NCBI GenBank assembly: GCA_051047955.1
Contig: JBPGPT010000056.1
Span: forward strand, 1-64,000
Direction: 5' to 3'
Source: Cystobasidiomycetes sp. EMM_F5
Taxonomy: Eukaryota
DNA length: 64,000 nucleotides
The notes beneath the pieces were generated by a model. It saw only the letters and a list, made by a program, of their open reading frames with translations, had not been told where the DNA came from and ran no database searches. How positions within the stretch are numbered: the stretch's first letter is position 1; each line of letters begins with the position of its first letter. Below, piece by piece: positions 36,942 through 50,752 of this stretch. Made by a program: the position numbers and the translations under genes.

Positions 36942-39900
36942 TTAGCCGTCAGTCAGCGGAGTACCAGGAGCACTGTCTTCGCCGTGGAAAAAGTCGGCAA
37001 GGTCCTGTATTATATGTCAACGTCAGCATTCAGCACATCAGACACAAATGAGGATGCCACATACGTCCTCTTCTTCCTTTTGCAATTTGCCGCTCTCCAA
37101 GGCATCCTCTGCACCAGCTGCACCCGTCTCAATGACCTGAACAGCTTTGGCACCTTCCTCTGCCTTCCAGCCTTTGCCTCTCAACATGGCCTCATCCTGT
37201 ATTGCCAGGAAAATTAGCATGTATAGTGATATCATCCATCGCAAAAGACATACACTGCGATCCAAGAGCATCTGCAGAGTCTCGTCCGAGATAGCCTCAT
37301 CTGCCGTACTTATGACACGCGCTTCTTTGCCCTGCTCAACCTCTTTCATCTCTTCTGCAAACATGCGTGCAGCCAGGCCAGCGCCCTTGTCTTCTTTACC
37401 ACCACCGCTTCCAGACTTTGCAGCGTTGCCAGTAAAGATGTCTTGGAGATCTTCGAGCGATGTGGTGTATTTGCCTGATCCAATAACCAGCGCTTCTAGC
37501 TTCCGTTTCGCACCAGCCCGCTCAAGCATCTTCGCTTCGACTGTGTTGGCGGTAACGAGTCTGAACACGAGCACTGGATTCGTCTGTCCCAACCGATGAA
37601 CGCGGTCCATGGCTTGCAGATCCATTTGCGGATTCCAGTCAGAATCGTACAATATGACTGTGTCTGCGCCAGTGAGATTGATGCCGACGCCTCCGGAACG
37701 CGTCGAGAGGAGGAAGAGATGGCACGAGTCTGGTCCCTTCTCTTCATTGAACTCCTTGAGCTGCGAGCGCCGCTCATCCTGCTTGGTCAACCCATCAATT
37801 CGCATGGTCCGCCAGCCTTTAAATTCCTCTGCCCAGTCTTCGATGATGTCCAGCTGGCTCGTAAACTGGCTGAATACTAAGCATTTGTGCCCAGTCCGCA
37901 CAAGCTCGGTTAACAATCGATCCAAGAGCATCATCTTGCCGCTTGACGTGACTATGCGCTTATCGACGATGTACTCGCCGGTTTTGGGATCCATTGGCCA
38001 TTCAAACAGCCATGGCTGGGGGCATACATCTCAGACGTTTGCATGATCTATGGCATCCTCAGGAGACGTACGTGATTGCACACTTTCCGACACTGCATCA
38101 CCATATTCTGCAGCTTCATGTGGTTGACGTTGTTAACTGTATGCAGTTTGGCCGAATGAATTAGACCCGATTTTCGTACTCGAGTAGAATCCTCTTACAT
38201 CTGCTGGAGTTGGTGATCTGCTTGTCGTAGATATGGCCATATCTTAGCTTTTCGAAATCTTCCGCTTTTTCACGCTCTTCTCCGGAATACAGACTCAACA
38301 AGAATTCCTGCTCCGACTGCTCTACATAGCTAGGGCGTGACCGTTTCGCTTGCGGAGCATCTTCGTCCTCGTTAGCTTCTGTTTCTTCCGTATCGGCGTT
38401 GGCTTTTCGTTTTTTGCCTTTGCCTTTCTGCTGCATGGCAGCTTTCGCTTTCTTATTATTGCTCTTCTTCGGCACGTCCTCGTCATCCGAAGAAAAGGGT
38501 GGCTGTTGCTCGTCAGGTAATAGATCTTTCCTCTTGAGCAAGAAATCCCTGATTTGCCGCTTGATGACTGCATCGTACAGCTTCTTTTGTTCCATTGTCA
38601 AGGCGGCCGATAAAAGGTACTCCTTCTTTGGCGGAAGATTCTTTTCTACTTCCCGCTTCACTCGCCGTAATAGGAATGGCTTGAGGATGGAATGAAGTTT
38701 GGTAATGATCTGTACAGACGCGCTATCTTCGCCATTTACATCGATATCGAACCAAGATTGGAATGAATCTAGATCGTCGAATATCTGCAATTCGCATGTG
38801 AGCTTGTATGCTTGCATACCGGCAACCATGAAGACTCACCTCCGGCATAAGGAAGTTTAACAGACTCCACAGCTCTTCCAAGTTATTTTGTAGTGGTGTA
38901 CCAGTGAGCAGAAGTCTATTTGCTGATTTATACGACATGAGCTCCCGAATAAGTTTGCAGTTCATATTCTTTATGCGATGCGATTCGTCGATAATGAGGT
39001 ATTTCCAATCATACTTTGACAGGTATTTTCTATCGTGCATGACGAGCTCGCTGGGATACTTGTCAGCCAATGTTTTGTAAGACGATCGCACAATAACTTA
39101 CTACGATGTCACCACCACCGGGAACGTTTCGACAGTATTGAAATAGTACGCTCCGCGCTTCGATCTCGTCACCTCGGCTCGTTTGCCTTTATGCATATCC
39201 ACGGGAAGTCGCATCCGCTCTTCGCGCATGTCTTCGCGTTCTTTAGGTGTACCGTGATATAGCAATGCAGGAAAATCTGGAGTGAATCGCTCGAATTCGT
39301 TTACCCACTGCACATCACCGGGCAAAATTCAGGCTGACAGTTGCGAAGTACGGGAGTCGACTTACGTTGGCCAGTGTTGACAGTGGACAGACCACCAGGA
39401 ATGGTCCCCAAACTCCCTTCTCGCGAAGGTACGAGAGGAAAGCGATAGTCTGTAATGTCTTGCCAAGACCCTATATTGAAGAGATCGTCAGTCAGTGTGA
39501 AGGGTTTTGCGATATGCAGCGTCTCAGCTTACCATTTCGTCAGCGAGAACTATCGGTAGCGCGGTAGGTCAGTATTATCGAGCACAGAGTGACCGAAGCA
39601 TACTCACTGCCGTTCAAGCCGTTCTCGTACAGGCTTATAAGCCATTCCATGCCAGCCAGCTGGTATGACTTCATTGTCGCGCCTTTGACCAGTGATGGTT
39701 GACGGGACTTCGCTTCCTCGTTGCCGTCATCATCGTCGTCGTCATCATCATCTTCTCCTTCCTCGTCCTCCTCTTTCGCTTGTCGCGGCTGATCCCCTTC
39801 GTCTTCCGAATCCTGTACATCACCAGCCTTGCCTTTTTTGCCGTTGCTTTTGCTTGGCTTTTCCTCCTCTTCATCATCTGTGCTGCTCAGATCCATAATC

Positions 39901-40625
39901 TCCTCTTTGGCCTTTCCATTCTGGCTTCGAGTAGTCCCATTCGGCTTTGTAGACCCATTTGCGACTTTATTCTGAGCATTTCGGGCCGCTGTCCTTCCGT
40001 TCAGTCCCAAAGCCGACGCTACCTGCTTTGCGGGCGCTTCCTTTGCATTCAAACGCGTTCTCGGATTGTTTCCCTGTCTTGTGACTCTCGCGCCACTATG
40101 CACCTGTATCGAAGCATCGGCATCGGCATCGCCGTCATTGTCACTTGTAAAATCGCGAGCCTTGACGTCGTTTCCGTCTCCATTGTATGAATCAGACTGT
40201 TTGGATGCAGCCGATACGCGCCCTCTGGCCGGCTTCTTCTGCTGTCCAGTCTTATTTACAGCTCCTGCTGCGTTGCCGGATCGCGTATCCCTCCCGGCCT
40301 GATTGTCGCGCTCTGCCTGCTTCTTTGCCTTGTTGTTCTTTCTCGTATCAGCCTTTGCGTCTCTTCTCTGTCGCTCGAGCGTGTCTCTTGCGAGTTTGTC
40401 TGGATGTCGTGTTTGAAATCAGTACACTGGCCATCCATTTATAACAGGGTAATCTGATCCACCAGCAATAATTCGCGAGTATATGCTAGACTGCTGGAGC
40501 AGGAAGCTGAGCTTCTCGGGCAGCACTGGCTCGTCGTCGCCGTCTTTGTCGATATTGTTCGCGTCTGCTGGAGTCTGCGACCGCGTTACATCGACTGAAG
40601 CTGCAGCTGAGCCTGGCGACGACAT
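36942..40625 (-). CDS. SNF2-family chromatin remodeler, LSH/HELLS/DDM1 (Irc5-like) subfamily
   Basis: [90 protein letters not shown]. Confidence 0.92.
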
Positions 40626-40801
40626 GGCCGGTCAACGTTATGGCAGGATGAGCGTTTAATATCCAGTCCAAGCTGTCGGTCAAATCAAGGAAAGCCATAA
40701 GCTCTTTACGCGGTCCTCTAACGCTGATCGAGGCAATATTTCAAAGACGACGACGACGATATCGCTGCTTTGCTCTTGACCAAGTCTGCCATACCGCTCA
40801 A

Positions 40802-42373
40802 ATGCCAGTGCTCGCTGCCGCACTGCCGTCCAGGAATGGCTGGTCGACGGCTGCAATAGCTGGCCTCATTTCACTTCCGTGTGTTTTCGAATGACGATGA
40901 TATTCAACAACAATGTCCTGACTTGGCTCGCAGTATCGCATACGCCGCAGTCACAGAGTGCTACAGGTACTATATCGTACGACAGCGGCACGCAGCGTAC
41001 ACGCACTTTCTAAAGACGAGAACGGGCAACGTGTTTGACGATTTGAGGGAAGCCGTCGTTGCGAGGTTTGCGACCTTACGAGGACCACTGACGGGTGAGT
41101 GAATTCTCACATCTTCTCTGAATAGTTCATTGAATGACGCTTTCGCAGGCCGATACCTCAACGTGACTTTCGAATGGCACGAACAGAGCATATACGAGTT
41201 TCTGCTCCACCAACTCGTCTACAAACCGCTAACGGGACGGATATGGTGGTACGGGGGTCTGAGCAAAGACCCGGCTGTGCGAGAAGCCAGTCTACCCCAA
41301 GAAACGGTTGACATTCAGCAGCTCAAGCGCAGGAGCTGGAGGAGTAGTAAACGTAGACTATCACCCTCTGCACAGAATACAACTCCATCCGAGTCAGACG
41401 AATGGGAGGAATTGGCAGAATCGCCTTCTTCAGACGACGCCACCGATACGCTCTCCTTTACATGGCTGGGTCAATCCACCTGCATCGTCCAAATAGACGG
41501 CATCACTATCCTCACAGACCCCGTATTCACCGATAAACCGATAGCACACTGGCTAGCGCCGTCTCGTTTACGCGAAACGCCAATATCGCTCCAAGAGCTC
41601 ATGGAAGCAGACATTATCGACATTTGTATCGTCAGTCACGATCATTTCGACCACGCGAGCGAGGAAGCTGTACAGCAGCTGGGCAACAAGGCACTGTGGG
41701 TCTGTCCGCAGGATCTATCACATTTCTTTGTGTCGAATGGCGTGCACCCTTCGCGCGTAATCGAGATGACTTGGTGGGACGAGAGGACTGTCAATGTCCC
41801 CGGCGCAGATGTCATTCTCCAGCTTGCGTGCACGCCTGCACAGCACTGGTCGGGTAGAGGATTGCGAGACGTCAATCAGAGTTTGTGGGCGGGATTCATC
41901 GTAAAGAGCGTGCGGACGGGAAAAAGTTTCTTCCACTGCGGTGATACTGGCTACTCGAAGGGTAGGTGGTTCTCAGCACAGAGATGTAGAGGGTGTCGTC
42001 TGACTGTGTTGAGTTTAGACCTGTATGAAGCGGTTGGGAGGATATACGCTCCCATTACTGTTGCTGCCATTCCGGTAGGCTCCTACTCGCCTGTATGGTA
42101 CATGAAGAACTTTCACACGACGCCCAAAGGTGCTGTCCGGATACATCGTCAGCTGGGCATACAGCAGTCTGTCGCTGTGCATTGGGTCAGTGTGGGGAAC
42201 AATGTCAAGCAAGCAAGTCAGCTAACGACTACGATGATTAGGGCACATGGATGATGTCTGACGAGCGATGGGATGATCCGCCCAAGGAGTTAGCCAAGCA
42301 ATTGCAAGAGCAGGGCGTCAATGAGGAGTCGTTTGTCGTTCTTCCTGCTGGGCGGACAATCTCTGTCGAGTAA
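40802..42373 (+). CDS. NAPE-PLD/Fmp30-like metallo-beta-lactamase phospholipase D
   Basis: TWLGQST, ILTDPVF, SHDHFDH, TPAQHWSGR, FFHCGDTGY, IPVGSYSP, HWGTW. Confidence 0.9.
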
Positions 42374-42522
42374 AGCAAAGCAAAGCATAGCATAGCATAG
42401 CTTCGTCGCCGTCGTCGTGTTGTTGTAGCCGTACGTGCTTGCCATCCTACTTAGTTTTTCGTCGTCTCTCTCGTCCCCGCCCATCTTTTCACCAACGCCA
42501 GTCACCAAACCTGCCCCGAGCC

Positions 42523-43671
42523 ATGTCGTCGATGGCACTGCGCAATGTTGCTCGAGCTGCTGCTGCTGTCAGTGCTGCACCGCGGAGGGCCATAACGAGA
42601 CCTGGGATGGTCGCTGCGATGAACGGGTGAGCTGGGAGGAATAGCCATCAAAGCATTGGAACGTGGATGTATCTGAACACCTGCTGACTGCCATTTGTGA
42701 TTACTGCACACCATACTCCCCGCTCATACTCCTCGCATCGCATTACTCGCCGACGAACTGGAACCGGGGAATGCCTTTTAATCCGCAAACTATGCCATCA
42801 GACTCCGATATGCGTCCAGCACTCCAGCCAAGCAGGACCCAAAGAGCAGAGCCGCTGCCCTCATCGACGCCCTCCCCGGCAACTCTGTAGTCTCAAAGAC
42901 GGGCTGGATCACCCTCGGAACGGCACTCACTGGCCTCGGACTGAGCAAGGAGCTGTTGGTCGTCAACGAGGAGGTGCATCGTCGTGGATGGCATCGCAGC
43001 TGTCGGTGACGCTGACGTGTCTCGCTGCCCTCCTTCTCCGCTTCCCAGGTCGTCGTCGCTGGCTCCTTCTTCATCCTGATCGCCTACCTGAGGTGAGCTC
43101 CGACAAAGCTGCGACGAGCAACGAGCAACGAGCTCAGACATGAGTCTGACGATCTTTTACGCATACCTCTCACTCTAATAGCACCCTCATCCGCACCCCG
43201 TACTCGGAATGGGCAGACGGCCAGATTGCAAAGTTCAAGGACATTCTAAACAATTCGCGCACATCGCACACTCAAGCCGTACAGACGCGCATTGACAGCA
43301 TGGCCGAGCTCAAGAATGTCGAAGAGATTACAAACCAGCTGTTTGCTCTGTCAAAGGAGACTGCCCAGCTCGAGCACGAGACGTTTACCCTAAAGCAAAA
43401 GGCAGCCCTCGCTTCCGAAGTAAAGGCGACCCTCGACTCGTGGGTCCGCTTCGAGGCTCAGCAGCGAGAGTCGGAGCAGGCAGAACTCGTAAAGAGCATA
43501 CAGGAGAAGGTACTCGCTTCCCTCAAGGATCCCAAATCGCAAAAGGATATCCTCGCTCAGGCGGTCAGCGATCTTGAGAGTGGGTTGCGTTGTTCAATGG
43601 TGTGGTTGCATACAGCTAAAGGCCTGCCATCCTGCCAACCACCAGACCTCGTCAAGTCTGGCAAGCTGTAA
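42523..43671 (+). CDS. ATP4: Mitochondrial ATP synthase F0 subunit b (subunit 4)
   Basis: Presequence, IDALPGNS..SKTG, SKELLVVNEE, LFALSKETAQLE, VKATLDSWVRFE. Confidence 0.95.
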
Positions 43672-43957
43672 AGGATTGTCGCTTCATCGACCAACGCAGC
43701 ATGCATAGCCAGAATCGCCCGATAGATGAGCGTAGACGTTTATCGCGATTGTAAATGTCCAGAGCGGCGTTGTTGGATGCGTAAAGTCGCTTGATAAGTC
43801 GTTTGTGCGTAGCGGCTGTCGTCTGATGTCGTTGACAACCCGAAAGCTTGACACGCCGACGAGGTGCATCATCGTCATCATCGCTGCTTGCTCCAGCCCT
43901 AGCATGTGCGTCATATACCCATCCTGACTGGTGTCCCATTCGCGACCCCATCACATC

Positions 43958-45176
43958 ATGCAGCTCGACGATATTGTCGAGCATTCCCCGCTCGTCGTCT
44001 ACCTCGCTGTCGTTGTTGGACTCTCCATCCATCTCTTTCCCACTCCGCGCTCAATCACAGCTCTCGTCCTCAGTCTTGCTTCCGTTGGAGCGCTCTTTCT
44101 AACATGGCGGTACATGATTGCATTCATGTTTTATTCGTACGCGGAATGGGCGAGGACGGCCTCTGAGACTGCTACTGGGATGCAGACGACGTGGCGTACG
44201 ACTCGTTGGCTGAAAGAGACGAGCTTGTTTGATCAGGCTTGGAGGTATGTCGCGGCAGCCCAGGAGAGGTGGTGGATCTCGAGCCAGCTGTGTACATTTA
44301 CCGTCGGGATATGGACCGTCTTCTTGTACGCCGAAGGTGCGCGACTGTTGTGTCCAATACTGAGCAGAACGTGACTGATGACTCAACGCGACAGCTTCTC
44401 GGAGACCTGCTTTACGGAATAAAGCCTGGCTGTACATGGTCCTCGGACAGCTCGTGGCTATATCCTTCGGATCCGGCCTATTCCTCTCCCTTCTCTACTC
44501 TACCGGCTCTTCGGCAATGCGCTCTTCTCGCAAAGCTATCGTCTCGACGACAATACTAGAAACAAGCATCGCTCTAGCCTCTGCCTCCATTCTTTTCGTT
44601 CCGCGCACACTCGGCGCTGACGGTACCGGCTCCCTCTTCTTGCCGAATTTGCTAGCGATGCACGCCATCATCGTACTTCCCCTACTTCCGCACCTCCTGC
44701 CCACGAGCCATGCTGCAACCCAAGCGTCCGCTCAAGCTGTCCCGCAATCCTCCAAACACAAGCCTCTCTACCACATATACGCTTCTGCAGCGCTCTTTGC
44801 GACCTTTATGCATGTGAGAAATACGCTTCCCCTCCTAGCTTCGCTTCACACGTGGAGAGACCCATCATCGACCTGGTCAGCAATACTAGAAGACTTTGCC
44901 AAAAAGATAGCATCGGCATTTGTCTCTCATCCGGCTCAACAGAGCATATCGTACGACGTGGCATGCACAAACGGGATATGGCAAATGTGGTCGTGGTACG
45001 ATATCTGGCTCGACACGGGCAAATGCTCATCTAGTAAAACATGGGAGAAGGCGGTAGCTACTTCAACCATAGCTCTTGTACCGACATTTGGCGCTGCGCC
45101 CTGCGTCGGGGCTTACCTCGCCATCAGGGAGCTATGGATGGATAGAAAGTCTCGCTTGAACACAAAGGCCGCTTGA
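43958..45176 (+). CDS. Multi-pass membrane protein of unknown function (fungal)
   Basis: Several TM segments; WLKETSLFDQAW, YMVLGQLVAIS, HPAQQSISYD; one intron at about 44336-44393. Confidence 0.75.
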
Positions 45177-45340
45177 TGCAATTACGTCACAGTGTCAAAG
45201 TGCTATTTGATACATTATTCTTTTGGTTTGGTATAGAGGGTATTTGATTGCGAACTTGCAAAGCTTCGAAACAATTCCCGGTAGCCGTAGTTTACGTACT
45301 TGTTGTTACCAACGAGCTCCGACCAAACAAACGTCTATGC

Positions 45341-48193
45341 TCAGCTTCCGACTGACTGGCCGTCCAAAACACGATTGATGTTGAAGGCTGCGCTGATGAT
45401 CGCAATCGTAGGGAAAGATTGCGGGACGTTACCAAGTGCCTGGCCTGCCATCGAGATCTCTTCTGAGTATATACCGACGTGATTGGCATAGCCAAGCAGA
45501 TCTTCCATGAAGTTTCGTGCTTCGACTCTGATGTTACAGGAACGGTCAGAGAACGAAATCTCATATCGCATACAGAAAGTGTCGTAACGTACAGCATTGC
45601 TGGGTCGTGCTGCCCTGCTCTTGTCAATGCCTCGATAGCCCAGGCAGCACACATTACTGCCATTCGCTTGCATGTCAGCAGATGCCCCTCTATACACATC
45701 TCTCTCACTATCCGCCACTTACGGAATGCACCCTCTTCTCCGCCTACACCGTCATCGACCTTCGTAGTGTCGTATCGGTAGATCAGATGATTGACAGTCA
45801 GACCGCCCTTGTCTGTAGACCGATCAAAGGTGGTCAGCAGCAGCCTGCAGAATACCAGATTGTCCTACCCGGGGACTTGAGAATCCATCTCAGTGTAGAT
45901 AGCCATCTTGGATCGACAGGTGAAATAAAGAAGACCAAGGCTAGTGGTATTAAGCAGATCAGCAGCGACATTGTTCGTTAGACGACGAGCGACCTACGCA
46001 TTATTAGTACGCTAGCGTCCAGGACCTCCTTATTCTCATACGACATGCAGAAGAAGCCTTTCTCTTCGTTCCAGCCTTTTTCCATAACATCCTCATATAG
46101 CTTGTCACGAGTCTTGAGCCATATATCTTTGCGAGGACATGGCAAGGATCTCTTCTCCGCCAAGCGGATGCCACGATCAAGAGCGACCCACATCATAATC
46201 TTGGAATAGACAAAGTTTTGTTTCTGATTGCGCACTTCCCATATGCTCATGTCGGGCTCGTCGTAATTGTCGACCACATAGTCGACTATATCGCGGACTG
46301 ACTTCCATAACTCCCACGAGCAAGGCCGTGCCAGCTTAGAAGTCAAGTAAACACTGGTGACATACGGTCAATTTGTTAGGTAAACTTCAGCAATGGCGCC
46401 GCTTACGCATCCATGAGTTCCCCGTAGACGTCAAGTTGCAGATGGTCCGCTGCCCCGTTACCAATTCTTACGGGCCCTTGACCTTTATACCCTTCGAGAT
46501 GCGGCAGTATTTTCTCTGTCAGGTCCGTTTCGCCTCGAATGCCAAACAGAATCTGAAGAGGCTTTCCATTCCCACACGTCTTGATACGACTTTGTATGAA
46601 GTCCATATATGCTGTTGCCTCTGCTGTGAAACCCAAACGAATGAGAGCGTAGACCGTAAAGGATGCATCACGAATCCACGAGAAACGGTAGTCCCAGTTT
46701 CGGCCTTCGCCATTCATACCTTCCGGCAGAGAAAACGTTGCAGCCGCAATGATTGCACCCGTCAATTCGAATGTGAGCAGCTTCAAAGTGATTGCTGATC
46801 GATGCACAAATTCTCGCCATCGCCCTTTGTATTTTGAGTGATGGCTGATTTAAATATAATCTTCGTTAGCTCTGCCACCGTATCGTGGAGAGGGCAAACA
46901 TACATCCACGTAAACCAATACGCACTAGTCTGGTTGCACATAAGTGTCAGCGAATACTGCCAAACCGGAAACTTGTACTCACTGCTTCCTGTATGGTTTG
47001 TATGAGTGCGCTGTTCAGCAACGGGTCGAAAGCAGTAGCACTGAACATTTTCAGCTTGAGGCTCGCTTCGCCAGGATTGCGCGCTTGCAGAGGTGCCTTT
47101 GTGCTGATGAAAGACTTGTTGTCGGGCACTGCGGGAACATCATCTGCGGTATGTGGATCCTCTCTAAAGACGAAATCGACCGTCTGGCCTTCTGTCAATG
47201 TGAAGGTCGCTGAAATACCAGGACCCTTATGGCGTGGCCAAGTCTTGCTATCAATCTCAAAATCGACGCCTGTAATCGCATCTTGTTCGCAGAGTCCCAA
47301 CTCTGGATTGGTACCAGTCACGCAACGAAGTTCCATTGTCATGTCTTTTGACTTGAAGACTGCCTTTTTGCGCGTCTTGCCATCATTCGCTTTAGACGCC
47401 TGGTCATCATCGACAACGGTCGTTTCGTGCTCTGCTCGTGCATAGTCGAAGCCAGGGAAACACTCTAGCCGGAAAGGTAGTGTCCCGCGCTGGATCTCTA
47501 CCCGTCGAATAAGCCAAGGCAGTAGCGGTTTGTCGCTGCGACTTGTGGATGCGGGTCTTGGCATAAAGTCGGTGATTGTGCAGACGCCTTCATCTGCGAG
47601 CCACTTCGTTTGGATGATGGCACTGTTTGGAAGGTATTGTTGCTTGCTGTGGCAGTGGTCAACTGCCGGTTGAATCATGAAATGCCCGCCAATGTCCTTG
47701 TCGAGAATTCGTGCGAATATAGAGGGCGAATCAAAGTATGGCCAGCAGACTGCGGAGGACATATGTCATGAGATGTAAAGTTGGCTGCTCCACACTAAGC
47801 ATGCTATCTCACGAGAGTCGATGGAAGAGTCCCTTCCAACCATGGCTGCCGTTCTCAGGTTACCAATGATAGCTTGGGTGGATAAGTGAGCTAGCATCAT
47901 TCAATGTACGCAGTCAATAGCATCGTGACCTACCATAGTCACTGTTTGAGCATTGCGGGGCATCTTTGGTCAGTACGCACGTCATAATTGAGAGTTGCTG
48001 CCAGCTACCTTATTTCGAGGTAACCGGCGCCATGCCTAGCTGCCTTGAGGTAGTGGCTGTTCCTCGACGTCTTTGACGTGTCTATTCCGTCGAGCTTGCT
48101 GGATTTTGACGATCCTGATCCTTCGCTGTTGCTCGACCGGGAGCCTCCAATGCGGACGGCGTCGTCATTCTGGTCGCAGGTGGAAGCTGCCAT
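45341..48193 (-). CDS. Glycoside hydrolase family 15 (intracellular glucoamylase/trehalase-like)
   Basis: [68 protein letters not shown]; no signal peptide seen. Confidence 0.93.
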
Positions 48194-48332
48194 GATAGAG
48201 GTTACGATATAGCTTATCAGCTAATAATCAGTAGCTCGTCAGTGTTCAGGCCAAGTCAGTATGCTTTCAAGAAGCAATATAATGCGCGCATTTCGGTCAG
48301 CCTTCTGCCAATTGAGCAAAAACATGGCATGA

Positions 48333-49505
48333 ATGCAGAACAATCATGGCAAGAGCAGCGCAGCTCCGAGGAGAACACGGCTGAGGTGCGAGCGCAGCTG
48401 CTGGCGACTTGAACGGCACCGATAGCTCACGGTTTGGCTGGCTGGATCAAACAGCCTGCCGTCAATCAGGATATCGACGCCAGAACCGCAGGGAAACACG
48501 AGTCCGAATGGCCAGACTCAGCGAAGTAGGCTAACCAATGGACAGCCTCGGACTGCTGTGCTCCCGGGTTCGTCGTCCGTTTTGCCATTGAGCAAGTCTA
48601 CGGGTCATGCCCCAAACAGTGCCGACAGCCTCAACCTCAGCCTCAGCCTGGCTCGAGAGAAGAGTGCTCAGAGTGCGACCTCTGCTCGTAGTGACGGTAG
48701 ACCCCAGAAGACTGTCCCAGCCGCGGCATTGACCGACAGCAGCCCGCCCAGTCGACCTCGACAATCCAACACTCTATCACCAGCAGTAGCAGCCTTCTAT
48801 CAGCTTCCGCCAGTCGAGGCGAGACTGCAAGCCAAGTATGCAGACCGTCAGGCGGCTGAAGAAGCAGACGGACAACTGGATGAGGTGCTCCCGACCGCGC
48901 TGGAGCAAGAGATTCGGGTCCTAATAACGAAATGCGCTCACTACGAGCAGAAGCGTTCGACACTGCAGGTGCGATGCTTTCGTGTCAATCTGCGTACTTT
49001 TAGTCTGATCAGACCCTTCAGCACTCCATCGAGCACAAGATCCAATTGTGGGCAGACATGCTGGAAAGGTACGAAGAGCAGGACGAGGAAGCTTCCGTAG
49101 GCCACAGCTATATTGTCCTGCATACTCAAGCTGACGTCTATGATCACACAGGCCGTAAGAGAGTCTATTGCGTCGGCTCAGGGCATGCTGTCGCACGCTC
49201 AAGAGGGCATTGCCGTGCTATCAGACTGGTGTAACGAGATTACGAAATCTGTTGAAAGTCGCAAGGCGCGCCTCAGTGGCTTGCAAGACGAATTTGACAA
49301 GACCAAAAAGGGCATTGAAACAATCAACAAGAAAATCAAAGAAGAGCTCGCGTTTGCAGCCAAGGCTAAACAGATTCAGCATGCGTCCATCATGGTGGCC
49401 ATTGGATTTGGCGGAGCGCTTCTTTTGGTGATGGTTGTCATGCTGACAATGAGATCGGTGGTGATAGACACGGCAAAGTCGTTTATCGCGCGTATTACAA
49501 TGTAG
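48333..49505 (+). CDS. Tail-anchored coiled-coil membrane protein (possibly SNARE-like)
   Basis: Exon 1 (MQNNHG...) splices in frame to the 48558 ORF; heptad-rich segment followed by one C-terminal TM (IMVAIGFGGALLLVMVV). Confidence 0.55.
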
Positions 49506-49569
49506 CAGTCGGACAAGTGTTGCTCGTTGTGTTTTTCCTGAAACCCAACTTGCAAAAAAGCTGTAGAAT

Positions 49570-50752
49570 ATGCCCGCCAAAGGCTGGAAGCTCAACAAGG
49601 AGACTGGCAAGTGGGAGCGGGATCCAAACTACGTTCCCGAGACTGCGACTGCTGCTTCGACGAGCGGAAAACGGGGAGGTGACGGGTCGGGCGGTCAAGG
49701 GTCTGGCAGCGGTGGGGACAACAGCATGGGAATGGACGAGCGAGGACTTTTGGCAGGGCTGGATCAGTTTGAGCTCCCGAAAGGGTCAGGTAGGTGCATT
49801 TGAATGGTGTGTTGACGGCCAGTCCATGATATGCTGACGATGGATTGATTTGACGCGTAAAGTGGTCAGGATAGCAAAGAACGCGGTAGGCTGGCGGAGG
49901 ATAGCTGCTTCAATTTGTTCAAGTAGCGGCTGATGCTTCTTCCGACGGCTCAGGTGCCGCCAGGTGTTACTCTGCGTACGCTCATCAGCAATGCTCAAAA
50001 CATCAATTCTATATCTAGCTGACGAGTTGCAATACTATGGCCCTAACCAGGCAAGGAAGTCCAAGTAGCAGTCGTCAAAGGCAGTACAGTCTTTGTGAGC
50101 TATCTCGCAGCCATGTAAGCCGTCCCGAACGTACAAGCACAACGTCAATCTCACTGTGCTAATGAAAACCCTCGCATACCTTGATTTTGAAATCACTGCA
50201 ACAGAGCCGCTGAGGTAGCAGCCGCAAGAAACCAAAAGACGATAATGCCAGAACACATCTACGCCGCTCTACAGGAATTAGACTGGGAAGAAGACGAGGT
50301 CAAGCAGATGCAAAAGATGCTCAAAGGGCAACTGAAGGGTAGGCTGCGATTATCGACTGCCTGCATTATGGCGTAAAGTAATGTGACTGTCTCGATGACT
50401 TTCTACCCTGACAGAATTCAAGAAGCGTCGTGTGGCCAAGAAGACTGGTGTCCGACCAGGAGCACCTGGAGACGCGACAGCAGGTACTAGCAACGGCAAC
50501 GCGGTACACATCGACTCGCCAGACGAAGACGCACCAGGCGACGAAGCAGCCGAAGACAGTCCTTTCGAGGCAGAAGATGAAGTGGACGCGACGGAGGAAG
50601 AGGGGTTCGAGTATGAAGACGAGACTGAAGGTGACAACGTTAGTGGGACGTCACTCGGTCATTTCTCCGAACAGCAAGGGCTCCCAGTGGAAGTGGGGGC
50701 AGGCGGGATGGATATCGATGCTGGTCAAAACGGCGTGGTTGTAGCACATTAG
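49570..50752 (+). CDS. DPB4: Histone-fold protein, DNA polymerase epsilon subunit 4/CHRAC17-like
   Basis: Spliced FELPKGSVVRIAKNAVP...KEVQVAVVKGSTVFVSYL...KTIMPEHIYAALQELD; acidic tail. Confidence 0.85.

Noticed and set aside
6679..40625. HEN1, Artemis, Las1, RecQ and LSH as a genome-defence gene cluster
   Set aside because: They are interspersed with unrelated housekeeping genes over 34 kb; nothing beyond chance adjacency supports a cluster.
42372..42401. (AAAGC)3(ATAGC)3 pentamer run
   Set aside because: Ordinary short microsatellite with no evidence of function.
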